Shown here piece after piece: positions 9,637 to 19,215 of a DNA stretch of 37,733 nucleotides. The position numbers and the translations under genes were made by a program. The notes beneath the pieces are model-generated. The model did no database searches. It was not told the origin of the DNA and was given only the letters and a program-made list of their open reading frames with translations. The stretch covers positions 1 through 37,733 of the forward strand of contig JACPBO010000022.1 of assembly GCA_016180285.1 (NCBI GenBank). Direction: 5' to 3'. Numbering within the stretch: the first letter of the stretch is position 1; the number at the start of each line of letters is the position of its first letter. This DNA comes from Candidatus Woesearchaeota archaeon. GTDB lineage: Archaea; Nanobdellota; Nanobdellia; Woesearchaeales; JACPBO01.

Positions 9637-10260
9637 TTATTTCTTTAATTCACCCAAAAGGCAGTAACGGAATTTATCAGAATCAACCCAAATATTGTAA
9701 ATCTTAAAATTTCTAAATTCTTTTTTGAGCAGATCCTTGGTAAAAATATAATGCAATAGTCCCTTTTCCTCTCCTTTAGCAGGCATATAAGTTCTTGGTG
9801 CTATTACTTTTGGTCTTTCCCTTATTTTCGGAATGATTTTTCTTTTTGTAACTGTAATGAAAACAATGCCCTTTGGCTTAAGAATTCTTTCCAACTCACT
9901 AATCACTTTTCGAATTCGTTCAATTAGTGCATGATGTAGTACTTGAATGCTTATTATCGCATCAAAAAAATCGTTTGGGTAGGAAAGTTTATTGTAAACA
10001 GAACCCATCTTCAAATTTGCTTTAAGGCCTTCTTTTTTCAGCCATGATTTTGTAATATTTAATCCTTCTTTAGCAATATCAATCCCATAAACATCAAATC
10101 CTTGTTTAGCAAAATATACTGTATGCCTCCCGGAGCCGCAGCCTAAATCCAGGATTCTCCTCACATTATGCCTTTTGAATAACTTTAAAACTTCAGGGAT
10201 ATCTTCTTGGATTTTTGTAAATACTTTTCCTTCTTTTTTAAAGATTTCATTCCATTGCAT
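9637..10260 (-). CDS. Class I SAM-dependent methyltransferase
   Basis: ILDLGCGSGRH, VYGIDI, FDAIISIQVLHH, RILKPKG; start likely ATG 10260. Confidence 0.9.
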   Translation of the reverse strand: MQWNEIFKKEGKVFTKIQEDIPEVLKLFKRHNVRRILDLGCGSGRHTVYFAKQGFDVYGIDIAKEGLNITKSWLKKEGLKANLKMGSVYNKLSYPNDFFDAIISIQVLHHALIERIRKVISELERILKPKGIVFITVTKRKIIPKIRERPKVIAPRTYMPAKGEEKGLLHYIFTKDLLKKEFRNFKIYNIWVDSDKFRYCLLGELKK

Positions 10261-10397
10261 ATGATCTATTTTTTTAAAACAGCTTATATATTTATCTGTA
10301 TGCAAATAATCCGAAAGCAGAGTCAACGCCTTTGGCTTGCGTTCCTAGCTTTTGATAAACCAAAAGCTTTATAATAACCTGCATTTTACCTCTTTTC

Positions 10398-10999
10398 ATG
10401 GGGATCAAGGCAGTAATATTCGACTTTTGGGGAACTTTGGTTGAGAACGGAGTAGAGCCAAGCCCGATAAGGCAGGCAAAGTTCATTCTTTTGAAAGGGT
10501 TTTCATGACTAAGAAATATGAGTCTTTGATGCAGGCATTTGAGGCAGTGTGCAATGAATTCCAGATTCCAGCAAAGGATTACCAGATCGAAAAATGCGTC
10601 GGAATGTGGAACAAGAACAGGCTATTGGCAAAGCCGTTTGAGGAAGCAATTCCGGTTCTTGAGGAATTAAAGAAAAAACATAAATTAGTTTTATTAAGCA
10701 ATACAGACGGCTTTTCAGTTGAGCCGATATTGGAAAAGTTCGGCATGAAAAAATACTTTGATGAAATCTCCCTGTCTTATGAAACAGGGTTATTGAAGAC
10801 AGATGCCCAGTCCTTTGAGTTAATACTTGAAAAATTAAAGCTGAAAAAAGAAGAAGTTATTATGGTGGGTGACAGCATGGAATCAGACATTATGGCTGCC
10901 CAGAAAGCAGGCATAAAGGGCATCCTTGTTGACAGAAGGGGCATGAGGGAATATGAGAATAAGATAAAGAATCTAACAGAGCTGAAGGAAAAGATATGA
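10398..10999 (+). pseudogene. HAD-superfamily hydrolase split into two frames
   Basis: 10398-10508 encodes MGIKAVIFDFWGTLV (HAD motif I) then stops; 10505-10999 in the -1 frame carries motifs II-IV (LSN, K, MVGDSMESD). Confidence 0.8.
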
Positions 11000-11002
11000 T
11001 GC

Positions 11003-11608
11003 TTATTTGTTCTTCTTTTTATTGTTTTTCCTAAAAACCTTGTTTATCTCATCTTTCATGGAAAATCCTATTGCTATGCCGAATGATATTGCTGCTGTAA
11101 GGCCAATTGTATAAAGCAGAACCCTGAATATCTCAAAAAAGGCAGTTGCTTTTATTTCTACATACTCTAAGACTGTAAGTATTGTTGCTATTATTATTAT
11201 CGCCTGCATAAAGAACGAAGCAAGGTATGAATAATTGTGATTGAATTTTTCTATTGCCTTTCCAATCATCCTGGCTAAAATAATTCCTATCAAGAATATA
11301 ATGGTTATTGTAAACAGTTTTGGTAAAAGGTAGATCATATACTCAGATAACAAGAGTATGAAAGAATTTTCTTTAATCTGACCTAATCCGTAAGATAAAA
11401 AAACCAAAAATACAAAAACCATGAGCACTATCTTGAGCAGATTTAAGAAATCACCAAGATGTTTTGCTGCAAAAGAAATGCGGTTTTTTGACCATTTGCC
11501 AACCTTTCTTTTCACATATTTCTCCATGAACATCTTTATCAGATAGGCTAAGGCTGTTCCTAATACGATCAGTATAATTGAATAAAATATTTCATACATA
11601 TTGTTCAC
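11003..11608 (-). CDS. Membrane protein resembling MscS/CmpX-type TM helices
   Basis: Several TM segments; YLLPKLF...IGIILAR; AISFGIAIGFSMKD. Confidence 0.55.
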   Translation of the reverse strand: MNNMYEIFYSIILIVLGTALAYLIKMFMEKYVKRKVGKWSKNRISFAAKHLGDFLNLLKIVLMVFVFLVFLSYGLGQIKENSFILLLSEYMIYLLPKLFTITIIFLIGIILARMIGKAIEKFNHNYSYLASFFMQAIIIIATILTVLEYVEIKATAFFEIFRVLLYTIGLTAAISFGIAIGFSMKDEINKVFRKNNKKKNK

Positions 11609-11663
11609 CTATAAACTTAAGGTTTTAGAGCATATATAAAGTTTACGTTTAATTTATTTATGG

Positions 11664-12620
11664 CTATGCCCCTGCAACCATCTTTATATAAAATTCTATG
11701 ATGATGAAGAACATATAAAGCAGTATCAGTGCAATTCCTTCTTTCCAGTAAAGCTTGTTGCCGCTCTCAACAAAAGTTGAAAATAAGAACGCTACAATAA
11801 GCATGAAAACAGAGCTTGTCAAAAACAGCAAAAAGTTTGCGCTTATCGGGTAAATCAAAGAAGTTACTCCTAAAACTAATGTTGAATTTACAACAACAGA
11901 GCCGATCAAGTCGCCAAGCGCCATTTCAGAATGCCCGCTTAGCACAGCCCTGCTCTCAAAAGTAAGCTCGGGCAATGTCGTGCCAATTGAAACCAGGAAC
12001 AAGCCAATAAGAATGGGCGGCAGCATAAAATCCGCTGATATTGCTGTAGCATATTGCACAACAAATTGTGCACTAAGGAACAGCACTGCAAGGCTTACGA
12101 TGAAAATAAAAACAGAGAATACAACATCCCATCTTTTTATATGGTTCTTCAGCTCCTTTCTGAGCCCGATTCTTTGCTTCATTAATTTTCTCATATAGAT
12201 CGCAAAAGCCACCAGCAAAATAACACCATCAATTCTTGACAAGCCATTTCCGATAATCATCAGAACAACAGGCAGCGAAGCAATAAAGAACATATACAGC
12301 GCATCGATCTTTATCGCTTTGTTTGTTATTTTTATCTCTCTTTTCAATAAAGTGATGACGCCGGCAACAAATGTCAGGTCAATAATATTAGCGCCTATGA
12401 CATTTCCAAGGGACAATGCAGAATTCTTTGCAAAAGCAGATGTTATTCCGACAAGCAGTTCAGGAATGGATGTTGCAAAAGCCATTATGATGAATGCAAC
12501 AACAAATTCGCCAAGCTTTAAAAAAGAAGCGATCTTTGCGAGGCTTTTCACAAGAAATGTCCCGCTTAAAACTAGAACAATGCAGGCAGCCAAAAACAAT
12601 ACTAAATTTATGATTAACAT
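11664..12620 (-). CDS. Sodium:calcium antiporter (CaCA, YrbG-like)
   Basis: Alpha repeats ATSIPEL...GNVIGANI and GTTLPEL...GDLIGS. Confidence 0.92.
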   Translation of the reverse strand: MLIINLVLFLAACIVLVLSGTFLVKSLAKIASFLKLGEFVVAFIIMAFATSIPELLVGITSAFAKNSALSLGNVIGANIIDLTFVAGVITLLKREIKITNKAIKIDALYMFFIASLPVVLMIIGNGLSRIDGVILLVAFAIYMRKLMKQRIGLRKELKNHIKRWDVVFSVFIFIVSLAVLFLSAQFVVQYATAISADFMLPPILIGLFLVSIGTTLPELTFESRAVLSGHSEMALGDLIGSVVVNSTLVLGVTSLIYPISANFLLFLTSSVFMLIVAFLFSTFVESGNKLYWKEGIALILLYMFFIIIEFYIKMVAGA

Positions 12621-12701
12621 TTTTTATTATCAAGAACATTACAATCAATAACATATATAAAGTTTGCGTTAGATTTATATATTCCTGATTTTTTTGCATT
12701 T

Positions 12702-13439
12702 ATGATGAAACGGGGTAATATTTTTGAGATGGTTAATGAATTTTTTCAGAATTTATACAGCATATTCCATAAAGATTTTGTCAGCGCAGTCATTCCAGCC
12801 TATAATGAAGAAAAGACTATAACTAAAGTCATAGAAACAATCAAAAAATCAAGAGTTAATGAAATAATCGTAGTTGATGATGGAAGCAAAGACAAAACCT
12901 ATGAAAAAGCGAAGCTTAGCGGAGTTAAGGTAATTAAACATAAAAGGAATATGGGGAAAGGCGCGGCAATGCGCACCGGAGTTGAAAACGCAAAAGGAAA
13001 CATAATTGTTTTTATTGATGCTGATATTGAATCATTGACTCCTCAAAAAGCAAATATGCTGATTGATCCTATCTTGAAAAATGAGGCAGATTTTGTAAAA
13101 TCATATTTTTCCCAGTATAAGTCGAAGACCGGAACAAGCATTTTCCTTTACAAGCCCCTGCTTAAGCATCTTTTCTCGGCAACCGGCTTTACACATCCTG
13201 TAAGCGGCCAGATAGCTGCCAGAAAAAGATTTTTTGAGCGCATAGAGTTCAGAAATGATTACGGCATTGATATAAGCATACTGGTGGATGCAGTAAAGCA
13301 AAGCTTAAGAATAAAAGAAGTTTGCCTCGGAGAATTAAAGCACAGAAAAAGAACTGCGCATGACGTAGAAAAAATAGCAGATACAGTAATAGCTACGATC
13401 CTTGAAAAGGCAGGCATTATAAGGGAGAAACAAGGTTGA
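12702..13439 (+). CDS. Glycosyltransferase family 2
   Basis: VIPAYNEE, VVDDGSKD, GKGAAM, FIDAD. Confidence 0.92.
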   Translation: MMKRGNIFEMVNEFFQNLYSIFHKDFVSAVIPAYNEEKTITKVIETIKKSRVNEIIVVDDGSKDKTYEKAKLSGVKVIKHKRNMGKGAAMRTGVENAKGNIIVFIDADIESLTPQKANMLIDPILKNEADFVKSYFSQYKSKTGTSIFLYKPLLKHLFSATGFTHPVSGQIAARKRFFERIEFRNDYGIDISILVDAVKQSLRIKEVCLGELKHRKRTAHDVEKIADTVIATILEKAGIIREKQG

Positions 13440-13440
13440 A

Positions 13441-14217
13441 ATGAGCCAAAAAACAGAAAACAGATTTTATGAAGACTATGGTAATTCTTGGTTAGCTAAT
13501 GGAAGGAAAAAATATGAACTTTTAGCTTCGGAATGGAAAACAAAAAAAATATTAAGCTTACTTTCAAAATTTCCGGAATTAAAATTTAACAGCATACTTG
13601 ATTTTGGATGTGGTCCCGCATATATATTAAAGAAATTAAGTCTTTCGCTTAATATAAATAAATGCTATGGGGTTGACATCTCTTCTTCTATGATCAGATC
13701 TGCGAAAAAACATTTTCCTGTAGCTAAATACTGCAAGATGAAGAATTTATCTGAATTTAATAAGGCGGTAGATGTAGTTCTTTTAATAGATGTATTAGAA
13801 CATGTTCCCAACCAGAAACAAATATTAGAAGAGGTTAAAAGGATAGCTAAGTACCAAATTATAAAAATCCCATTAGAAAATACCCCCATAAGAAATTTTA
13901 TAAGATTATTGGGCATGAGAAATTCAGACGGACATATAAATTTTTGGAGTAAAAATAGTTTTACCTCTTTCTTGAAAAACTTAAATTTTACAATAATTGG
14001 TTACTGGGAAGGGAACCCTCCTAAAAAAATAGAATTTTTTTCAAGAAAACAAAGAGAGAATTTAAATGCCAGAAAGATGTTTTTTCTTAATTTCTATGAT
14101 TTATTTAGAAAATTTTTTTTTAATTCAAAAAAATTATATTCCTCCTTTTTTATTTCGCAATTATTTATTTTAACAAAGTACTGCCCTAATCTAAAGAAGC
14201 AAAAAACCAAAAAATGA
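13441..14217 (+). CDS. Class I SAM-dependent methyltransferase
   Basis: ILDFGCG, GVDIS, DVLEHV, GHINFW. Confidence 0.87.
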   Translation: MSQKTENRFYEDYGNSWLANGRKKYELLASEWKTKKILSLLSKFPELKFNSILDFGCGPAYILKKLSLSLNINKCYGVDISSSMIRSAKKHFPVAKYCKMKNLSEFNKAVDVVLLIDVLEHVPNQKQILEEVKRIAKYQIIKIPLENTPIRNFIRLLGMRNSDGHINFWSKNSFTSFLKNLNFTIIGYWEGNPPKKIEFFSRKQRENLNARKMFFLNFYDLFRKFFFNSKKLYSSFFISQLFILTKYCPNLKKQKTKK

Positions 14218-14786
14218 AACTCTTCTTTGTAACAAACAACAGGCATAAATTCGCTGAAGTCAAGGAGGTTTTTGATAAATTTAAGATTGAAATAGAGCAG
14301 ATACAGGAAGACAAGCCTGAAGACAAGTCAGATGAAATCGCTGAAGTTGCCAAAAAGGCAGCTGAATTTTTGGCTAATAAGCATAAAAAGCCAATAATAG
14401 TTGACGATACAGGCGTTTATTTCAATGCTTACAGGAACTTTCCAGGAGCGCATCCAAAATTCGTTTTCCAGAGCATTGGCTATGAGGGGATTTTCAAGCT
14501 ATTGGAAGGCAAGGACAGGTCAGCTTATTTCAAAACAGCAGCAGCATACTGCGAGTCCGGAAAAAAGCCAATAGTTTTTGAGGCAAAATGCGAAGGAAAA
14601 ATATCGGATAAGGTTTATAATGTAGGCGACGATATAATGCCTTATGAAAGGATTTTTATACCTGAAGGATATGATGAAGTATGGGCAAAGATGCATGATC
14701 TCAAAAGAGAAATATCGCATCGCGTGAAGGCATTTACAAGATTAGCTGAATGGCTGATAAGCAAAGGCGATCAAAATGGAAAATAA
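14214..14786 (+). CDS. rdgB: Non-canonical purine NTP pyrophosphatase (Ham1/ITPase)
   Basis: FVTNNRHKFAE, VDDTG, FPG, C-terminal SHR. Confidence 0.93.
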   Translation: MKLFFVTNNRHKFAEVKEVFDKFKIEIEQIQEDKPEDKSDEIAEVAKKAAEFLANKHKKPIIVDDTGVYFNAYRNFPGAHPKFVFQSIGYEGIFKLLEGKDRSAYFKTAAAYCESGKKPIVFEAKCEGKISDKVYNVGDDIMPYERIFIPEGYDEVWAKMHDLKREISHRVKAFTRLAEWLISKGDQNGK

Positions 14787-15186
14787 CTGCATTTTCTGCA
14801 AAATTGTCAAAGGAGAAATCCCGTCAAGCAGAATATATGAAGACAAAGATGTTTTGGCTTTCCTGGACCTTTTTCCGGTTCATAAAGGCCATACATTGGT
14901 TATCCCAAAAGAGCATCATGAAACTATGCTGGACGTTCCAGATGAATTATTAAAAAAGCTCGTAGTTGCTGCTAAAAAAATAGCGTCTGCAGTTAAGAAA
15001 GGCGTGAATGCAGATGGAATTTCATTAGGAATGTCAAACTACAAGGCAGCAGGACAGGTTGTTCCGCATGCGCATTTTCATATTATGCCGCGCTATGAGA
15101 ATGACGGCCTGAAGCTGTGGCCGCAGGGAAAGTATGAAGAAGGGGAGATGGAAGAGATAAAAAAGAAGATTGTTGGATTTTTATGA
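14776..15186 (+). CDS. HIT family nucleotide hydrolase
   Basis: CIFCKI, GHTLVIPK, GQVVPHAHFHIMPR. Confidence 0.95.
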   Translation: MENNCIFCKIVKGEIPSSRIYEDKDVLAFLDLFPVHKGHTLVIPKEHHETMLDVPDELLKKLVVAAKKIASAVKKGVNADGISLGMSNYKAAGQVVPHAHFHIMPRYENDGLKLWPQGKYEEGEMEEIKKKIVGFL

Positions 15187-15244
15187 TTTCTTAGTTCTGA
15201 AAAACTAAATCTTTATAAAACCAATAAAAAATCTTGCTCTTAAT

Positions 15245-15367
15245 GCCGCTGTAGCATAGCCTGGCCTATTGCGCCGGACTCATATGCACTGCATAATGAG
15301 TATGGAGCCGAAAGGCGATGACAGCTAAGAAATCCGGAGGTCGCGCGTTCAAATCCCGCCAGCGGCA
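15245..15367 (+). tRNA. tRNA-Met(CAT), probably elongator, with 47-nt intron at 37/38 (15285-15331)
   Basis: Acceptor GCCGCTG/CAGCGGC-A; anticodon stem CCGGA/TCCGG; CAT at 15281-15283; TTCAAAT T-loop; relaxed bulge-helix-bulge; T-run follows. Confidence 0.92.
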
Positions 15368-15373
15368 GATTTT

Positions 15374-16942
15374 TTAAACCTTATTCAGCAATCCAACAAC
15401 TCTTTCTTTTCCCAATGTCAGGATAAAATTAGCCAATTTCGGCCCTCTTTCCTTGTTAATCAAAACCCTGTAGGCTGCTTTAAAGAATTCTTTATTGTCA
15501 ATGTTCACTTCCTTGCAGATATTATAAAATTCTTCAAATAATGTCTGGTCGTCATATTTATTTTTCTCTAATCTGTCTTTCAACAGCAATAATGCTTCCT
15601 TCTCTTTTTCGTTCAGCTTAGCATTCAAATCATTCTGCACTTTAAACTTAAATTCTTCAGGGGCATATTTCTGCAGCCAGTTCCAGACGCAATCAGCTCT
15701 GTTTTTTAACTTTTTCAGATCATGCTCATCTTTAATTTCTTTACTGTAAATCTCTTTTATCCTGTTAAAATCATTGTCATAAATCTGCAGCAGAGTTGCC
15801 AGATGCCTGAATTGAGCCTGTAGAGGCAGCTTCTTTGGCAATTCTGTAACGCTTAATTCATAGATTCTTTTTTGCTTCTTTGCTTCTTTTTGGTCCTTTA
15901 CATCTTCAGCATCAAAATAAATCCTTTCCACCCTGTCAAAATCCTCATAAAGCTTCAGAACATCCAAATCAAAGCTTATTGCAAATTCTGCATCCGGCCT
16001 TGTTCCGGCAAACAGCCATCTTACAATATTCGGCTCATAAACTTCCAATGTATCCCTTAAAGAAACAACATTGCCCAATGACTTGGAAATCTTGCCGCCT
16101 GTTCCTTTTATTGTTATGAAGTCATATTTCAGGTAAACAGGCGCTTTTTCCTTGTACAATAGCTCGTAAATTTCATTTCCGGTTGTTCTTGATCCGCCAG
16201 GCGTGGAATGCTCCTTGCCTCCTGGCTCGAAATCAACTTTTTCATAATGCCATCTCATTGGCCAGTCTATTCTCCAGGGCAGCTTTGCAATTCCCTTCTT
16301 CCTGAAATCAAATGTCTCCTTATGGCCGCAGTCGCATTCGTAAGTTAGAGAATAAGCTCCATCCCAATCTGTGACTCTTGTTGTGTCTTTTTTGCATTTG
16401 TCGCAGAAAATAGAAACAGGCCACCAGTTTTCGCTTTTCTCTTCTGCCCTGTATTTATCAAGGATTTTTTTAATTTCTGCCTTGTTTTCCAAAACATATT
16501 TTATCTGCTCTGCGTACTCGCATTTCCTGTATTTTTTTGCCTGGTAGATAAATTCGGGGTGAATATTTACGAAAGGCAGTGTTTCCTCAACTTCTTTTTC
16601 ATTATGCTCTGCATACGATTTGTGCTTATTGTCATAAGTGTCAGGCACTTCTGTGATTTGATAACGCAAATACTTCTCGAGCAATTCTTTTTTTGGAGCA
16701 TCTGCTGGAACTTTCCTGAAAACATCAAAATCATCCCAGGAATAGATGAAGCGCACATTCTTGCCAAGATTCTTCAAGGATCTTGAAACAAGATCAACTG
16801 TTATAATCTCCCTGAAATTTCCGATATGTATTGTTCCGCTTGGAGTTATGCCTGCAGCGCATGTATAGAGCTTCTTCTCGCCTTTTTCTCTTGCAATGTT
16901 TTCAGCTGCTTGGTCAGCCCAGTGCTTTGGTTCTTCTGGCAT
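15374..16942 (-). CDS. lysS: Lysine--tRNA ligase, class I
   Basis: HWAD, GITPSGTIHIGNFRE, KLPWRIDWPMRW, FEPGGKEH, KISKSLGN, GPKL. Confidence 0.97.
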   Translation of the reverse strand: MPEEPKHWADQAAENIAREKGEKKLYTCAAGITPSGTIHIGNFREIITVDLVSRSLKNLGKNVRFIYSWDDFDVFRKVPADAPKKELLEKYLRYQITEVPDTYDNKHKSYAEHNEKEVEETLPFVNIHPEFIYQAKKYRKCEYAEQIKYVLENKAEIKKILDKYRAEEKSENWWPVSIFCDKCKKDTTRVTDWDGAYSLTYECDCGHKETFDFRKKGIAKLPWRIDWPMRWHYEKVDFEPGGKEHSTPGGSRTTGNEIYELLYKEKAPVYLKYDFITIKGTGGKISKSLGNVVSLRDTLEVYEPNIVRWLFAGTRPDAEFAISFDLDVLKLYEDFDRVERIYFDAEDVKDQKEAKKQKRIYELSVTELPKKLPLQAQFRHLATLLQIYDNDFNRIKEIYSKEIKDEHDLKKLKNRADCVWNWLQKYAPEEFKFKVQNDLNAKLNEKEKEALLLLKDRLEKNKYDDQTLFEEFYNICKEVNIDNKEFFKAAYRVLINKERGPKLANFILTLGKERVVGLLNKV

Positions 16943-16973
16943 AGATTAACTATTTTATTGGGTTATTTAAATG

Positions 16974-17120
16974 TGTCGAAAACCACCAACATAGATGGGC
17001 GGCATGTCGCTATTGTTTACAGCATCAGGTGGTTTTTGAGCATGCTCAAAAATTTTCCATATGCTGAAACTGGAGCGGCTTTCAGCCACCAATCCAAGAT
17101 TGGTGGAAAATTTTTGACAT
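16974..17120. other. Nested inverted-repeat intergenic element
   Basis: 20-bp perfect palindrome 17033-17052; stems AAAACCACC/GGTGGTTTT, TCAAAAATTTTCCA/TGGAAAATTTTTGA, CCACCAATC/GATTGGTGG. Confidence 0.6.
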
Positions 17121-17170
17121 TTTTATATATAAACAAGTGGAAAATTTTTGACATTTTTATATATAAACAA
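17103..17170. repeat. Exact 34-bp tandem duplication
   Basis: GTGGAAAATTTTTGACATTTTTATATATAAACAA at 17103-17136 and 17137-17170. Confidence 0.95.
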
Positions 17171-17189
17171 CTTTTTATTTTTTACTCAC

Positions 17190-17210
17190 CAATAACAAAA
17201 AATTTATATA
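17190..17210 (+). promoter_or_regulatory. BRE/TATA promoter of first tagged-gene operon
   Basis: CAATAACAAAAAATTTATATA about 33 nt before ATG 17243; 20/21 identical to 21199-21219. Confidence 0.7.
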
Positions 17211-17242
17211 GTTGGCTATCTTATTTTATGGTTGGGGGAAGA

Positions 17243-17803
17243 ATGCCAAACCTAGCTGATAAAATTATGGAATTAGAGAAAGAAATAAGTGGAATCCAGG
17301 ACGAAACTAAAAGAGAGAATTTACAAAGACAGATTGATGAGCTAAAAACAAAATATCAGTCAGAATTAGAAAATTTACAAAATCAAATTAATAAGTCTGA
17401 AGAAACAACACCACTTTATTTTGATAGAGAAACAGATGTCTTAAAAGGATTTTATGATGGAAAAGATGGTGAGCGGGTAAATGTTGATGCTGTATTTGGT
17501 CTTATTAAGCGCTCATTCTTTGATAGATTGGACAATGTCAATATTTTTGGCCGTGGTTATTATGGTCCTGATGTTAAAGAAGCTAAAGAAGAACTGAGAG
17601 AAATGGTAAGAAAAGAAGCCTTATCTAGGGCCAAAATTAAAGGCTATGATGCAGTTCTTATTAAAGAAGATCAAAAAGAGGATGTGTTTTGTTTTAAGGT
17701 ATTGAATGCAGTGCCTAAAGAAGGCGGTGCTAAAATAACTTTCAGAGCATCATCTGATATTTACTTTTATAAAAAGAAAGAAAATGCCGCAACTAATCAA
17801 TAA
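17243..17803 (+). CDS. Tagged protein 1: coiled coil plus possible YbjQ/dodecin-like domain
   Basis: Start ATG 17243 (MPNLADKIMELEKEI) matches the paralogous N-termini; RKEALSRAKIKGYDAVL resembles the YbjQ-like helix-strand. Confidence 0.7.
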   Translation: MPNLADKIMELEKEISGIQDETKRENLQRQIDELKTKYQSELENLQNQINKSEETTPLYFDRETDVLKGFYDGKDGERVNVDAVFGLIKRSFFDRLDNVNIFGRGYYGPDVKEAKEELREMVRKEALSRAKIKGYDAVLIKEDQKEDVFCFKVLNAVPKEGGAKITFRASSDIYFYKKKENAATNQ

Positions 17804-19214
17804 AATAATAGAACTGGAAAATGAAATAAAGGAGATTAAAGAGCAAGAAAAGAATGCAAAAATAACTAAGTTAAAGAAAAAATCAGCAGAACTAGAGAAA
17901 ACATACCCGCACATCATGTATCCCCACACCATTGCCTTGCCTTATTCAGGAAGAAATCCTCAAATAGAGCGGCTATATTTGAAAAGGGGGTTTAAATTAG
18001 GATCTTCAATAGCCGCCTTTATTTTGTTTGTTACTGCTGCCACTGCTGTCATTTCTAATTACAAAAAACATTCTCGGGTATTTCCTGATAAAGGAGTGAG
18101 CAGCGAAGTAGAAGAGACTGTAAAAGAAAAGATTGGAAGAGCGGACAAAGCATTTGCTTTTGCAAAGAGAGATTATAACAGCATATTGAAAGGCGGCATA
18201 ACAAATGAAGAAAAAACAAGATTGCCTGTAATTTTGGATTCTTCGTTAGTTGTCTATGATGGTCTAAATATCGACAAAAAAAGGGCAAAAAGAACAAATG
18301 ATTTAATAGCCGAAATACAAGAAACAATTTCAGCAGAACGATTGTTTGATTCTGCCAATAGTTTATTTGAAAAAGGAAAATATTATGAAGCAAATGACAA
18401 AATTGGCCTTGCGTTAAAAATACTGCCAAAAGAGAGAAAATATCAAGCATTAAATGCAAAAGCCGGAACACTAGGAGCTAAATTAACAGAGTACGATAAT
18501 ATCTTGGGTCAGATTGAGAATAACTTCAATCAACTAATGCAAAAAAGAATGAATGCTGCAGAAATAACGCAGTTAGAATCATCTCTGGCTTCTTTATCTG
18601 GCCTTTATTCAGGTCTTAAAGTTGATGAAAAAAGAATAGAATCTGTCCACAATTTAGAATTGAGGATAAAAAATGCAGTTAGTTATAACTCTGTTTTTTA
18701 TAAAATAAAGGAAGGTATCATTGGCGGAAAATACGGAGATGATAAAGGGGCAAGACAAGATATACTGGCATTGGCGGCTAAGCTTGAAAAAGAAAATTCA
18801 CCATATGCTAAATTTTTATTGGATGATGTTAAGAATCTTAGTTACACCAAATTAGTTAAGGTTGAAGCTAAAACAGAAAGGGTTGTTGATCAAGCTGGGC
18901 ATTATGAGCAGGCATGGGTTCCCCCCGAGTATGAAAAAAATGTAGCAGTAGGTATAGCAAAGGGAACTATTATGGTACTTACCACTCCCATTGCTGTTTT
19001 GATACCGCCTTCTATGAACGAGTCAGAAACTTTCAAGAAGTTTGATAATTGGCTGGGGGATAATGAAGTAAAAGTCAAAGAGGGCCATTATGAAAACAAA
19101 TGGATAGGACCAACTTATAAAGATGTAATTGTTCCATCACATTATCAAAAGATAGAAGTCAATTCCTATTCAGGCACACAAAAAGTAATTGAGGATAACA
19201 TCCCGATAAAATAA
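17784..19214 (+). CDS. Tagged protein 2: single TM helix, helical body, C-terminal GHYE-x2-W repeat domain
   Basis: MPQLINKIIELENEI; TM SSIAAFILFVTAATAVI; C-terminus homologous to 21767-22567. Confidence 0.8.
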   Translation: MPQLINKIIELENEIKEIKEQEKNAKITKLKKKSAELEKTYPHIMYPHTIALPYSGRNPQIERLYLKRGFKLGSSIAAFILFVTAATAVISNYKKHSRVFPDKGVSSEVEETVKEKIGRADKAFAFAKRDYNSILKGGITNEEKTRLPVILDSSLVVYDGLNIDKKRAKRTNDLIAEIQETISAERLFDSANSLFEKGKYYEANDKIGLALKILPKERKYQALNAKAGTLGAKLTEYDNILGQIENNFNQLMQKRMNAAEITQLESSLASLSGLYSGLKVDEKRIESVHNLELRIKNAVSYNSVFYKIKEGIIGGKYGDDKGARQDILALAAKLEKENSPYAKFLLDDVKNLSYTKLVKVEAKTERVVDQAGHYEQAWVPPEYEKNVAVGIAKGTIMVLTTPIAVLIPPSMNESETFKKFDNWLGDNEVKVKEGHYENKWIGPTYKDVIVPSHYQKIEVNSYSGTQKVIEDNIPIK

Positions 19215-19215
19215 A

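Noticed and set aside
15245..15367. tRNA-Ile2 or initiator tRNA identity
   Set aside because: G1-C72 and lack of three consecutive G-C anticodon-stem pairs argue against initiator; GCC start with 37/38 intron fits elongator Met better, though Ile2 is not fully excluded
17103..17170. CRISPR array
   Set aside because: Two directly abutting copies, no spacer, no cas genes in the window
16826..17242. Long N-terminal extension of the 16826-17803 ORF
   Set aside because: Overlaps lysS and the palindromic element; promoter and paralogous N-termini point to ATG 17243
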